From assembly GCF_009914755.1 (NCBI RefSeq), contig NC_060931.1: a DNA stretch of 64,000 nucleotides, one strand, 5' to 3'. Of this stretch, positions 1 to 11,408 are shown piece by piece. The position numbers and the translations under genes are program-made. Origin of the DNA: the human T2T-CHM13v2.0 reference genome, Homo sapiens. The first letter of the stretch is position 1. Every line of letters starts with the position of its first letter. Below the pieces are notes generated by a model that saw only the letters and a list, made by a program, of their open reading frames with translations, did not search any database and was not told where the DNA came from.

Positions 1-118
1 AATTCATAAAATGTGTAACTTGATAAAGCAGGAGAAAAAGTTAACTAAAGTCCTGTGAATTGAATAAACTCTGTGACTAAAATACATTTCATTTTAATAA
101 AACAGTTATATTGCTCAC

Positions 119-230
119 CAAAGAGGCCATGGTAAATCCAATGACTTCAATATAACCATCATCATGACGCTGAGGTTCGAAATCATGGTGATCACCTGGG
201 TTTCCCCAGGGCATTGTGCCAGCACAATAT
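119..230 (-). CDS. DGKI: DGKI internal coding exon, (R)[37 protein letters not shown], catalytic accessory domain
   Basis: 112 nt; acceptor TTGCAG|A, donor TTG|GTGAGC; phase 2 in, 0 out, fitting the previous exon; peptide matches DGK-iota as recalled. Confidence 0.96.
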
Positions 231-639
231 CTGCAAGAGAAGATTAAAGACAGAAGTAAATATGTCCCATCCTTCTCATGACTATCATGAGGTGTTAGTT
301 TGTAGTTAGACCCAATGTTTATCAAACATAAAAACAGTTTTCCATTCTTGGTACACACCTTCCATTAGAAAAGGAAATGCACTTCTTATCATCTACAAAA
401 TACCAAGCTGTGAAAACGGGCCATAATTTTGCAACAAAAGTATCCTGTGGTATCCAACTTTCTCCTCGTTCGTTATCTATATTTCTCACTATGATTCATG
501 TATGTCTGTTTTCTATGATATATCATGAATTATCTATAGGTGGTTTCAGAATTTGGTCTTAAAGGAAGATGTATGCATGCCAGTAGAAAAGAGACAGGGA
601 AATGAAGTGGGAAGCATTTGCCATTAATACATAAGCAAA

Positions 640-860
640 ATAAGAGGTACTCACAGGAGAAGGGAAAGGTAACTATGGAAGACAGAGTGAAGAAGAGATG
701 AAATATAGATAAGAGATTAGAAAGAGAATGGGAAACAGAAGAAATTGGAGAAATAGAGGAAGAAGAATACAGATGGAAAGAGGGAGAAGCAAGAAAAGAC
801 AGAAGAAGGACAAGAGAGGAAGAAGGACAAGAGAGGAAGGACAAGAGAAAGAATAATAAA
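640..860 (+). repeat. Purine-rich (GA) low-complexity tract with GAAGGACAAGAGAG repeats
   Basis: Strongly A/G-biased; unit gaaggacaagaga(g) occurs three times at ~825-850. Confidence 0.8.
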
Positions 861-1708
861 GCAAAGTAATAAACAATGCTTTCTGAGAATCAAGGCCTTC
901 TACTTCAATTAAGCTGTAAATATTTCTGGAATAAAATTGTAACTGACTATATTGAGCACTGCCAAGAATAATCAGGAGACTATGATGTGTTTTCCTAGCC
1001 ACAGATTTACATACAACTCTCATTTCAATTAAATTCAGTCTAAATACAATGTATTTGCAGATTTTGTGTCTGAGTTGTTTGGCAGGCAAATAAATGGTTA
1101 TAGATCCATCCCTTCCAAAATCTTGGCTTCAGGGCCTAGAACATAATTTATGCCACTGAGATAATATGTTTATTTTGAGTCTAGTTATCTTAAATATCCC
1201 TTTCTCCTGAAGTGCGTAATAGCACCATGGAGAGTTGACATCCTGGCTAGAAAACAATACTCTAACTCATCCTATTTTTCAAAGAAATCATCTGGCAACA
1301 ATTTTGAATGAATTCCGCACTTGAATCAGACTGGATGGTTTTTCAACAGTTTTTAGGAAACTGAGAACAAAAAAAGTGTTTCAATTCTCTCATTCTTAGA
1401 TGGGGAGGAAGAGGGGAAGAACAGTAATTTAGAAATAAATTAAGATGTTCCAGTCAAGAGGGGTGCCTGGGTTTCTTAAAGATGGGTAAGTACAGACAAT
1501 GCATGCCACATGACGCACAAAACCACCAACCACAAAGAACACTAAATAAACCAAATCGGAGAATGAATTATCAGACCTAGAAATCTTTAATTACCCATTT
1601 AGATAACTGATCTTCATTGTTTACATCTGAAACTTTTCTGTTATGAAAACAGATAACCTCAAGTCAGAGTTCACGTCAAACCAAGGAAACAATACAAACA
1701 GAGCCTAC

Positions 1709-1782
1709 CTGGGTATATTTAAAAATACTATACACTGGAACTTCAGTTCCTGAATCTTTGGGGTGAGATCTGTTCCATCACA
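1709..1782 (-). CDS. DGKI: DGKI internal coding exon, [24 protein letters not shown](R)
   Basis: 74 nt; TTTCAG|TGT acceptor, CAG|GTAGGC donor; phase 0 to 2; LNIP motif of the DAGK accessory domain. Confidence 0.96.
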
Positions 1783-2336
1783 CTGAAACAATGAAAACAG
1801 AAAAGGGGTTTTGAAGTAGTCACAAGTCTAAAAACCTATGAAAGATAACTAGTTTGACAATAGTACACACCATGGTCTCTTTCTCCTTGCCCTATCTCTG
1901 CTTAAGTGAATGCCGGTCACAGTGATTAAAAATATATTCTGGTTATAGCTTTACTGGACCCAGGGTACAGAGGTTGGTTTTGTTCGCACTTAAGGTAAGA
2001 ACAAAACCTCCATTTGATTAAAATGATTTCTTCTCTGGTCTCACAATCAAAGGAAATATTATCATTCTTAACAATGGATGATTATTAGTTATCTAGACTG
2101 ATGGTGTCAACATTAAAAGATTTATGAACACTTAAAAGAATGAAAAGAAAAAAGCCTCAAGTTAAAGCAGTAGTATTCACCACCATCATTATCTGATTCA
2201 AACAAGTCACAAATATAATGATTTATTTTCTTCGTTTTTTGAGACAATTTTTATTTTGCAAATGTCAAATATTTTGAAGACTTTTTAAAAAGTCTATGTA
2301 CCGCAAACTTTTGAAAAGATATCTATCATACAGTAG

Positions 2337-2658
<322 letters not shown>

Positions 2659-4975
2659 TAGACTTCTAAGATTCACTGTCTTCCTGGAATTTAGACCTGG
2701 GAATCAAGGGTCTCAGCCTAGCTTGGCCTCAACAACCCTCGAACATGGATGGCTTCCCTGATCTGCTAGCGCTTTCTGCAAGGGTATCATCCTTTGATAA
2801 ATCAAGGAAAAGTCTTTCATGTTCCTTTCTCATTTCCCACTGGTGACAAAAGTCAAAAGAGAATAACTCTAGTCATGACTATAGACTTTCCGATGTCAAA
2901 GGCGTAAAGCCTGCTCTCGTATTTGCTTTCCTTATACCCTTATCACAGGATTTCCCCATTACCTTCTCATTTGGAGAGAGGAGCAAAGCATCCCCAAGCT
3001 CCCTGCAAATTCTGAAAGAGTTCTTTAGGATCAGTTTCAATCTAAGTATAATGATTTTGCTAGTGGTCAGGTTGTCTCCAGCACCTGCATTTTTTTTCCC
3101 AGTCGATCTCCATACAGCCTAATTTTCATGAGTATTCTCAAAGAATTGTTTCCAAGAAATCTTACAATTTTAAATAAACAAATTATTTTCAAATATAACT
3201 TAGTAATAAAATTCTAGACATTAAAGATGTTTTTCTAGTACTCTCAACTACTAAGCAAACATCTTCCAACTTACTTAAGAACTTGAAATGAGTTATAAAT
3301 GACTATGCCAATGAATAAAAAAGTAGACATTGTAAATGTCAAAATTGCATGTTATAAGCAACTAAAACTTAAAACCTAGGATGTGATATATTAATAGTGT
3401 ATAAAGCATTATGGTTGCATTGCAGAAAGATTATAATAAATATTATTGTATTTAGAACAGAATTCATTTTTTAACTTTCTACTTTTTCCTTCTGGGAAAC
3501 ATGTTAGTGATTCTGGGAACTCATCAAATCATACGAAAATGTGGGCCTTACACTGTATACTGCTTTACAGAGATTTTTTTATATATTATTGCAATAAACT
3601 GTGCAATTCCTTTAGAATAGCAGTTTTCAACTTTTTCCCAACTTCAAATACACACAAAGGGACATATTTGCATCCAAAATATGTTCCTTTGTATAAGCTC
3701 ATATACTGATAAATAACAAGAAGAAAATATGGAAAGTGGAACAAATAATGGCTATATGTAGGTTTTTACTGTCATTTTGTATTTTCTCAGTCTAATATTC
3801 AAATACATATTTTATATCTCTATGAGACATTACTAGCTATTGCATTAGAAACACTGACTTCACCCTCTGACAAAGAAAAGATGCTCTGTTGTTGGGGAGA
3901 CATCTAATCACTCTCACTAACCTTCCATCCTTTTCATCTCACACTCAGGAAAACATAGAATGATGTCATTGCAAAAGTATCCTTGTGTCTCTCTATGTCA
4001 CAGCACAATGGTCAAAAACCATTGCATCAAAGACATGTCTTGTTACACCTATTTGACAGATGAAGAAAGCAAACTCCTCTGAAAGGTTAAATGATTTCCC
4101 CAAAGTCATATACCTAGCAAAGGTAGACCTAACTAAATCCCAAATGTTTACACCTAGTTATAATGATTTTTTTCCTCCTCATAAGATATAATTTATATAA
4201 ACATTCCACCTTTAATATTACATATATAGGCTGATATCACATCTTTCCTAGTTATTTGCTGCCATTTTGGCCTCTCTGCAAGCATCTTTTAGACTCTACT
4301 ATAAAGTCACCCATGCATGAGACATGTATCATCAAGGGGACTGAGATATGAGAGAGAAAACTCTCTAGCAGTTAGGAAGTTACAGAGTTTGATATCAATC
4401 CGGTGACTTGCACAGTACACTGCCATTCTATATGGCCACCACCCAGCATGCACTGGGTCTCCTGGCAGGTACTGTGGATGCGCCTGTAAATGCAAAACAC
4501 ACTGGAAAGGGCAGTAAAGTTTAATTTTTGCTAGGCTGCAGGCAGCTGAAGAAACAGGGGAAGTTTAATGTAAGGTTGCTGCTACTTAAATTTAATAGCC
4601 ACGATTTTATTGAAATAATAATCCTCATAGTTCAATGGGCCCTGTGTTCTTGTATCTAGCTTTAAGAAGGCAATATTTCAGTCTCAAGCGTCTCCACCAC
4701 TAAAAGATACTTGCTTTATATTTTTATTGTATGAGAACTGAAACATCTGAAAGGGATGCCAAGTGTTGCTAATAGCAGCGGTAAAGGCCTTTGTCTCTTG
4801 TTTCAACTGATTTAGGAGATTCATGTCTTATACATGCTTTACTGGTGATTACACATTTTAATTTTTATATTTTCATGCTCCTTATATTTCTTCATATCTC
4901 ATTAGCTTAAGATCATATATTTTTCTCTATTTTCATGTATATATTTTGTTCTGTTCTCTCTTGTCAAAATTAATC

Positions 4976-5281
4976 TTTTTCTTTTTCTTTTTTTTTTTTT
5001 TAGACGGAGTGTTGCTCTGTCGCCCAGGCTGGAGTGCAGTGGTGCGGTCTCGGCTCACTGCAACCTCTGCCTCCCAGGTTCAAGCAATCTCCTGCCTCAG
5101 CCTCCCGAGTAGCTGGGACTACAGGCACATGCCACCACGCCTGCCTAATTTTTTGTATTTTGATAGAGATGGGATTTCACCATTTTGCCCAGGCTGCTCT
5201 CGAACTCCTGAGCTCAGGCAATCCAGCTGCCTCGGCCTCCCAAAGAGCTAGGATTACAGGCATGAGCCACCGCGCCTGGCC
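4976..5281 (-). mobile_element. Alu, full length
   Basis: T-rich tail, both monomers, diverged TSD tcaaaatta(a/t)tctt. Confidence 0.95.
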
Positions 5282-5769
5282 CATCAAAATTATTCTTATT
5301 CTTTAGAATAAGATAAATTCAAGCATTGATAAATTCAAACATTGCTATATTCTCATCACTTCTTTTCCATCTATATATCTTTTTTCTCTTTCTCATTCTG
5401 TCATTTACTTATACGACTATGTGCAACAAAGTCATGTTCCTTCCTTCTTTTAACTTGTTTACTATAAGGAAACATTAATGTTTTTCTTAATACCTAATTT
5501 TATTCTATTTTTGAATGTGTCACCTTGAGAAAGATAAATTTCTCTCTCCCTTGCCCCCAAGCAGTATATTTCCGCAACCTGATATAGAGACCCAGGAAGA
5601 AACAGCACATACACAAAAAATCCATCTAGTGGTGAGGAACCTTGACCAGGTGGGAGAGTGAGTCACCACAAAATAATGAAATCAACACTTCGTTCTAAAA
5701 TGGAGATTATCCTGGAATAAATATCCTCCTCAGATTATCCTGGAATAAAGATACTTGTTTGGAGAGTAC

Positions 5770-6040
5770 CGATTTATGCTTCAAGACCCAGCTAACATCA
5801 TTTTTTTTTATAAAGGTCTTCCTGACCCCACCATAGTCAGAGTTATCACTTCTCCCTTTGTGCCACAACCATATTATACACACGGTTGAATAACAGTTTT
5901 ATTGTTCTGAAGTGACTTATGTGACCTTCTTCAAAACTGAACTGTGAGTTTCTTCAGGAGCGAAACTAGTCTTTTCATTTATCTTCATCCCCAGCAACTA
6001 AGACAGTGCCTGACACATAATAAGTGTAGGTTGAATGAAC
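5770..6040. mobile_element. L2 3'-end relic
   Basis: actgtgagtttcttcagg...acagtgcctgacacataataagtg...ttgaatgaa resembles the L2 terminus. Confidence 0.55.
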
Positions 6041-6165
6041 TACACAAAATGATCTCCAAAGTTCTATGCAGTCCAGTGATTCAATATATAAACTAAGTAT
6101 TTGGGAGTTTTTTGTGGCAGTCATATCATATTCAAATTAAATAAATCAACATATTCAATACTTAC

Positions 6166-6228
6166 AACAACTTTAACATGTTTGGATAGATCTCTAGAAC
6201 TTCTCTGTAGGAAGTCAGAAAAAGCTGC
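6166..6228 (-). CDS. DGKI: DGKI internal coding exon, AAFSDFLQRSSRDLSKHVKVV
   Basis: 63 nt; GGTATAG|GCA acceptor, GTT|GTAAGT donor; phase 0 to 0. Confidence 0.95.
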
Positions 6229-7213
6229 CTATACCACAGGGAAATAAAGAAGAAGAAATTCGTAATTACATGGTGATACCAAATCCTTGCTTCCATATCC
6301 TAGATTCCAAGGATTCCAAAGTATGCAAAAATTCTAAACATGTTCTCTTTCTGCAGAATCCAAAGTAAAGCAGTGCAGTAGTTGTCAAGTTGAAATTTTT
6401 CTCTTTGTTTCCAAACTATAATTTACAGTTTCACTATAAATTTAAGAACACAGAATGAGAGTGAAAAATAGACAATTCTGAGGGTCATTGGAAGGTTTAT
6501 TTTGACAACCTTTTCTGAACACTTGCCTTGTCCATTAAGTGCTGATACAGTCTTTCCACTAAGATTTCCTTATTTGCTCTGAGTTTCACAGGGTTTGACT
6601 TCCATAAACTACGTATGCAGCTCCCAAACGCCTTTTATTTAAACTCCTCCTATCGATTGGCATAAATTTAAACTGTACTGATATTTTGGATGCCTTTTTT
6701 TCATTCTCTATTTACTACTATGAACGTGCCTGAGAAACAAAAGAAGGAAAAAGAAGGCACTCCCTTTAACCTCACGTATGCGTCCATGAAAAACACCCCA
6801 TATTCTGCCAGTTTCTAATCCAAACGTCAATGTGCGCACCCTGGTGAAAACTACGTTCTTACCTAAAATTCTTCAGACATCCTCAGTCTACACAATTCCT
6901 CCATTTCTTACACTGGCTTTGATGTTTGTTTCTCACATCCCTTTTTGAATAGCATCTTCTCTTGTTCAACATGAAGCCTCGGGGCTTGCTTAAAAGCTCA
7001 GAGATGAGGAACACCAACTCTCTTTCTGACAGCTAACTTAAGAAATACACCTCACTTTCATTCTTAAGCCCAGCCATGAAACAGTAACCATAGATAGACA
7101 TATATAAATGAGATGTATATGTGATTATTTCTCATGTAGTTTGCAACTTTATGATACACAGTGAATTGGCAATAAGTAATATGTAGTAATTATGAAATAA
7201 AATGTATACCTAC

Positions 7214-7269
7214 CCCTGCATAGAACATTTTATTTCGAAAACGACTGTTGAATTTCTCTGGATTTGCTT
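7214..7269 (-). CDS. DGKI: DGKI internal coding exon, (E)[18 protein letters not shown]
   Basis: 56 nt; TTTCACAG|AA acceptor, GGG|GTAGGT donor; phase 1 to 0; conserved DGK [12 protein letters not shown] motif. Confidence 0.96.
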
Positions 7270-7464
7270 CTGTGAAAGAGGAAAAGTAGTTTTGTTATGG
7301 AGACCTCACTAAAGGTAGCGACTTAGATTAGCACTCCTACTTCCTCCCCAGCTCCCTCCTATCCTACAGATCCAATAGATCCCATGGTTTGGTTATCATC
7401 TTTCCCCCAGTTCCAGGCCAGTTAGTACAGTAGCCCAGTGCTACAGGGACAGTAATCCAGGACT

Positions 7465-7640
7465 ATAAATGTGTAGTTCCAAACCGGCATCACTGACATT
7501 AGCTGAGAGCTTGTTAGAATTGCAAATGATTAGGCCCTAGCCAGATCTACTGAATTAGAATGACTTGAGTGTGGAGTCTATACATCTGTGGAGGGGAGCT
7601 CTCCAGGTGATTCTCAAGCACATTAAAGATGGAGGCACTC
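7465..7640. mobile_element. MER5A-like hAT-Charlie relic
   Basis: gagcttgttagaattgcaaat...gatctactgaattagaat...ccaggtgattctc resembles MER5A. Confidence 0.65.
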
Positions 7641-10600
7641 TAGATGCTTTGTAAAAATTGGAGGGTTTCCAGGGATATCGGGCTGAGATAACAGGAAAAG
7701 GTGGAAGAAGGTGGAGAAGCGATTATTTACTTTGACTTTCATAGGGCATGACTTCCGTAAGCTATGTATGCAGCTTCCAAATGTAATTAAACATGTTTTT
7801 GAGTTTGATTTGTGTTTGGAATAAAGTAGATATAAAATTGGGAATTAATGCCAGTTTAATTATTCCTTCTAAAAGAAATACAATATATGTAGTTATGCTG
7901 AGAAGTGTCCATTTGATGGGCTATATTTACATCTGTGCTAAAAATTCTTTCCATAGTTAAATTTTTAAAAATTCTCCTTTAATGAGATTTATATTAATTG
8001 CCTATTTTTATGTAGATGTATTGGCATAATTCTCAACTTAAAAGTATTACATTTTCTTGACTAATACCTCATAGATTCTACTATCCAAGCTTATTTTTTT
8101 CACAATGGCTTTCATGAGCCTTTGTGTTACCCTTTAGGTATTTTATGGCAAGTGATCCATGAAGCCGCAGACAGTGCCTGTGTTGGAAAACAGTTTAAAG
8201 TCTCACTATGAGTTTTCTTGGTTTGAGAACAGCCACTCACTATCTACTGACAAAATAAGTAAGCTTGCCACAATTAAAAATCTGGTCTTGCTTATCCTGT
8301 TTTTTCTTCTATAGCTTAGCTTAAGATTTCTTGACTAACTAGTTAAAAATAGGGGGAAAATACAAATGAACAGAAACAGTAAAAAAAAAAAAAAAGAAAG
8401 AAAAAAAGGCTATTTGCTTAATTATATATTTCATAGACAAATAATTTTTTAATTTACTATTTAAAAAAAGCAGAATAACAGCTACTGAAAAGTCCATACC
8501 TCTGGTCTAAGTGTATCAGCAAAATCTGGTTCCAATATCTTATAGTTATTTAATTTTTTTACCACCTCTATCCCACCTGCATGAATATTTACCTATTATT
8601 TCCAATTAACATAAATTCTCCCTTAACAGCCCTTCAGTGGCTGATTTTCCTCAAAGGCTCTGATTTACATGCAGGGGAAATGTTTACAATTCCATTTCAT
8701 ACTGCATCAAAACACAATAAGCCTTAGCAATAAACTATACAAAGATTAATGCTTGACATCTTTAACTAATTGTTTTATAATCACATACATATAAATGTAC
8801 ATGTTCATACACTCAACAATTTGCATATTCCACTCTAAAATAGTCCTACAGCTTAAAATAAAAGAGAAAAATCACTTTCCCCAAAAGAATTTTCTTCTAA
8901 GCCTGGTCTTCCCATGTAAGGGTCTCTCCCTGCTCCCTTCTCACTCTGATGCATAGAAACTTCATCATAGTTCAAGGAAGTGAATCATTAGAAAAACTTC
9001 CGGATAAGTTAGACTAAATATGAGACTCACTTGAGCTCATTGAGCTCATTGAATGAGCTCATTGTTGGCCACTTATTCATTTAGACCTCTTTTCATGCCT
9101 ATTTTTGGAAATCCATGTATTTGTGATAATTGTGTTACTTTACAAGTATTATTAAGAAGTTTGGGGTATTTTATTAAGAAGCCCAGGATCTGGATCCTGC
9201 TAAAGAATATGAGATAAAAAATGGGGTAAGAAATGAAGAATAAAATCCCCCATGTACTTCCCAAATTAACTCTCCTTAAATATAAGAAGGGTAACAGGTC
9301 ATAAATGTTGGCCCCAAGGTAAGTCCCTCTGAATACCTAATATCCAAGAACTGTCTAAGGCAGGGAGGCGGAAAGTGGTAGTGTTTCTGACTCAGGATAT
9401 TTGAGGTTCTGTTATCAATCATGCCTTCTAGCTGTGATTTTTCTGGCCAATCAGAGAGGAATACCAAACTATGGCTTTCTCTTCAAACAGCATCATTCCT
9501 GCTTGGCACAGAATTTGACCTTTACAGAGCCTGTCCTCTCAAAACCTTGGGAAACCAGGAAGGTCAAAGTCTGCTAACATTGCTGGATCCAGTAAGAGAC
9601 TTTAAAGATCTGTTCCTTACTTGTATTTTATACTCTAGTGGTTTTTAATCCTGTAGCATCACTCTTGACTTCTAGTGCATAAGTGCATGATCAGAATTTT
9701 CATGTTATTACCAGAATCTGAAAATCTGAATTCTAGCTTTTAGTGCTCTGTTATTTCAAATTCCAAAGTATGCAAAAATTCTAAACACCACTTCCTTTCT
9801 TACATAACCTGGAGGGAAAAAAGTAAAGTACTTCTCATTTATGACTTTATCTCACAAGTCTCTTAACAATCTACATCCTAGCATGGTTCTGGTTATATAT
9901 ATTCAGAAGGCACTAGGTACAGATATAGATACAGGCATAGACATGGATATATAGTATAGCTATATTAATAAGAACAGAGTTTAAGAGACAGAATGAGACA
10001 GAAAGAGAGAGAGAGAGAGATCAATCGGGACTACAAAACATAAGTCAAACCCATAAACTTTATCAGTTCTAAATGGCATGAGAAAATGTTGATGAAATAT
10101 TTAATAGCATATCATTATTTCATCTTCTCTTTCAAAAATTCTGTTCCCCTAATCTTGACTCCATCTCTTTTAGTACCTGAAATCACTACATGGTCTCATT
10201 CACACCTCTGTATCATCCAGTGGGGATCCCTAGTACCTTCCTAATTAATCCCATCACCATTACATCCTATGCTTTCAACCTAAACTACCTATAGCTCCTC
10301 TATTGTTCTAAGATGCCTGTTGTTTCTTTTATACAAACAGAGGGGACATTTTTGTTTTTGCTACCATATTTCAATGGCTGTGGTTGTGTAGTATTGCACT
10401 TTAATAGTGTTTTGTGAAGCTAAAGAATATCCTAGTGACTTCAGTAATAGTCTCTATCACTTCTTAGTATTTTACTCACTTCAAATCTTCCAGTAGAACA
10501 TAAAGATTAACAATCCCAAGACCTGGAACACACATCTAGTCCTGCCCTTTACTGTCTTTAAGACCCTGGACAACTAGGTCTCAGGGTCCCATTTGTCTGA

Positions 10601-10793
10601 ACAACTAGGTCTCAGGGTCCCATTTATAAGAAGTTCCTGTCCTGTCTAGCTCCCAGAGTCATCCTGAAGGTTAAAATGAAACAACACTGAAGCACACTGT
10701 AAACGCGTAAGTGATATACAAACAAAAGGGAACATGCAAAACACCTGCTAGAAACTTCCTCCCTGGGAGATGGAAATGGGACGTTGTCCTCAC

Positions 10794-10872
10794 CTCTGGA
10801 TTCATGGAACTCCAGTGTGACATGGGCATCAAATCCAAGGCTGAAGTAGTTATTGAAAACATTCAGAGGGAG
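10794..10872 (-). CDS. DGKI: DGKI internal coding exon, [26 protein letters not shown](E)
   Basis: 79 nt; TTGCAG|CTC acceptor, GAG|GTGAGG donor; NNYFSxGxDA motif opening the DAGK accessory domain. Confidence 0.97.
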
Positions 10873-11356
10873 CTGCAATGATAAACAAAGACAGAGGCAA
10901 AATTTTGTGTGGCCAGGCAGAAAGAGAAGAATAAAACCTAAAGCTGGACCCCTATCTCTGAAGAAGTCCCTAGGAGACAGATCAGCCACAACTCAAAGTG
11001 GAGGGTGCTTATGTAGAAAGAACAGGAAATTATTGGATTAATTCATGAGTGAAAGCTAAAATCAAGTAATTTTCTCAAGAATTATAAATAGTATAAGAAA
11101 TGTGTCACAAATACAAATTATTAAATGAGAATCATTTTTATAGATGCTGTAATAATAGGAACTTGTTATGCTGAAGGATATATATTTGCAATAGTTACAG
11201 AGAAGAATTCACTAAGCAAACCTAGAAAGTAAATCCAGTTGTAAAGATAATGTCTAACCAACTTAATCAGTGGATGTGCGTTTTTCAAGAATTTATATTC
11301 AGCAAACCAATACTGTAATGTAAAATGAATATTTAACTTGTTTATCCATCACCCAT

Positions 11357-11358
<2 letters not shown>

Positions 11359-11396
<38 letters not shown>

Positions 11397-11408
11397 CACA
11401 CACACACA
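11359..11408. repeat. Compound microsatellite (CT)n(AT)n(AC)n
   Basis: Seen directly. Confidence 0.95.

Noticed and set aside
530-1089. 104-aa and 138-aa Ser/Leu/Phe-rich ORFs
   Set aside because: They arise from the stop-poor pyrimidine strand of a GA-rich low-complexity tract.
2278-2295. Perfect 18-bp palindrome agactttttaaaaagtct
   Set aside because: Mostly a T5A5 core; plausible by chance in 64 kb of AT-rich DNA.
5617-5635. CTCF-like CCACTAGATGGA on the minus strand
   Set aside because: Lacks the conserved GGC end of the core and is followed by a T-run.
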